Source: Octopus sinensis
Lineage: Eukaryota
Assembly: GCF_006345805.1 (NCBI RefSeq)
Contig: NC_043004.1
Coordinates: 20,584,001-20,648,000 of the forward strand
Length of the DNA stretch: 64,000 bases
Reading direction: 5' to 3'
The position numbers and the translations under genes are program-made. The notes under the pieces are model-generated. The model saw only the letters and a program-made list of their open reading frames with translations, searched no databases and had not been told where the DNA came from. Positions 63,043-64,000 of the stretch are shown piece after piece (within the stretch, counting starts at the first letter, position 1; each line of letters starts with the position of its first letter).

Positions 63043-64000
63043 GGGGATAGTCACGACCCCACAAGACATGTTCTCCCACTGAGCTTTTCTATTAACTTTT
63101 TATGGATGCACTCGTGTAGAACCTTTCGTACCCAACATGTGTACCACATGCTTCCATCTTTTACTGTACATGTCTGATGACAGGCACTTCCTTTCTAGCA
63201 TGTTAACTGATGACGTAGAATTTCAGTCACCAAATATCAAAAAAATGTGATGGGAATTTTTAAGTCAAAGAAATAATCTCAAAGTGATTTATGTATGTTT
63301 TTAAAATACTGAAATGGTTGTTTCATGATGCAATTTGCTTCAGTTTCAATACCTAGACTCATGTCAAGCTGCTTGTCAAACAAGTGTGTCTTGGAAATTA
63401 ATCAAATAATGATCTTAGCAACAATAATTTAAACAAGTGAGAACAATATTTCATTTTTGGATTTGGTTTGCAAGACTCTTGATGTGAACTTGAAGCTGAC
63501 TTGAAGCAGAAAAGGTATGTCATTAAAAAGGTCACAAATGGTGACAAAAGGATTTTGGCAATCACAGCTGAAGTGGGGTCTAGGTAACAAACGAGGTTAC
63601 ATAAAAGTGACATTTAAAAATCTGTAGAATATAAATATGAACAGACAGACAATAAGACAGCACAATGGAGTTGGGGACAGTCACAACCCCACAAGACACG
63701 TTTTCCCACTGAGCTTTTCTATTAACTTTTTATGGATGCACTCGTGTAGAACCTTTCGTACCCAACATGTGTACCACATGCTTCCATCTTTTACTGTACA
63801 TGTCTGATGACAGGCACTTCCTTTCTAGCATGTTAACTGATGACGTAGAATTTCAGTCACCAAATATCAAAAAAATGTGATGGGAATTTTTAAGTCAAAG
63901 AAATAATCTCAAAGTGATTTATGTATGTTTTTAAAATACTGAAATGGTTGTTTCATGATGCAATTTGCTTCAGTTTCAATACCTAGACTCATGTCAAGCT
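63043..64000. repeat. Start of a 630-bp-period tandem duplication or array running off the window
   Basis: CCCACTGAGCTTTTCT at 63075 and 63705; identical by eye from there to 64000. Confidence 0.95.

Overview
Very AT-rich, repeat-saturated eukaryotic DNA. The repeat repertoire (three tRNA-derived SINE families, RTE/CR1/L1-type LINEs, Penelope-like elements, Tc1/mariner, Helitron, dense microsatellites) resembles an octopus/cephalopod genome; this is an inference from repeat types only. No host protein-coding gene could be recognised, so the window reads as intron or intergenic sequence, and most short ORFs in the track are repeat or microsatellite artefacts. The best-preserved elements are a 5'-truncated RTE LINE (51370-53936) whose RT carries one premature stop and an embedded C4HC3 PHD finger, a full-length decayed Tc1-like transposon with DD36E spacing (31421-32686), and a near-identical 6.2-copy ~632-bp tandem array (8621-12533). 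The most intriguing signal is a set of hammerhead-ribozyme-like folds in Penelope-type non-coding remnants. One lies in a ~520-bp fold-back element made of two divergent tRNA-head + hammerhead cassettes (60163-60686), and others have variant catalytic cores (6796-6845, 7053-7112, 51242-51279). All comparisons were made by eye; no database searches or folding programs were run.
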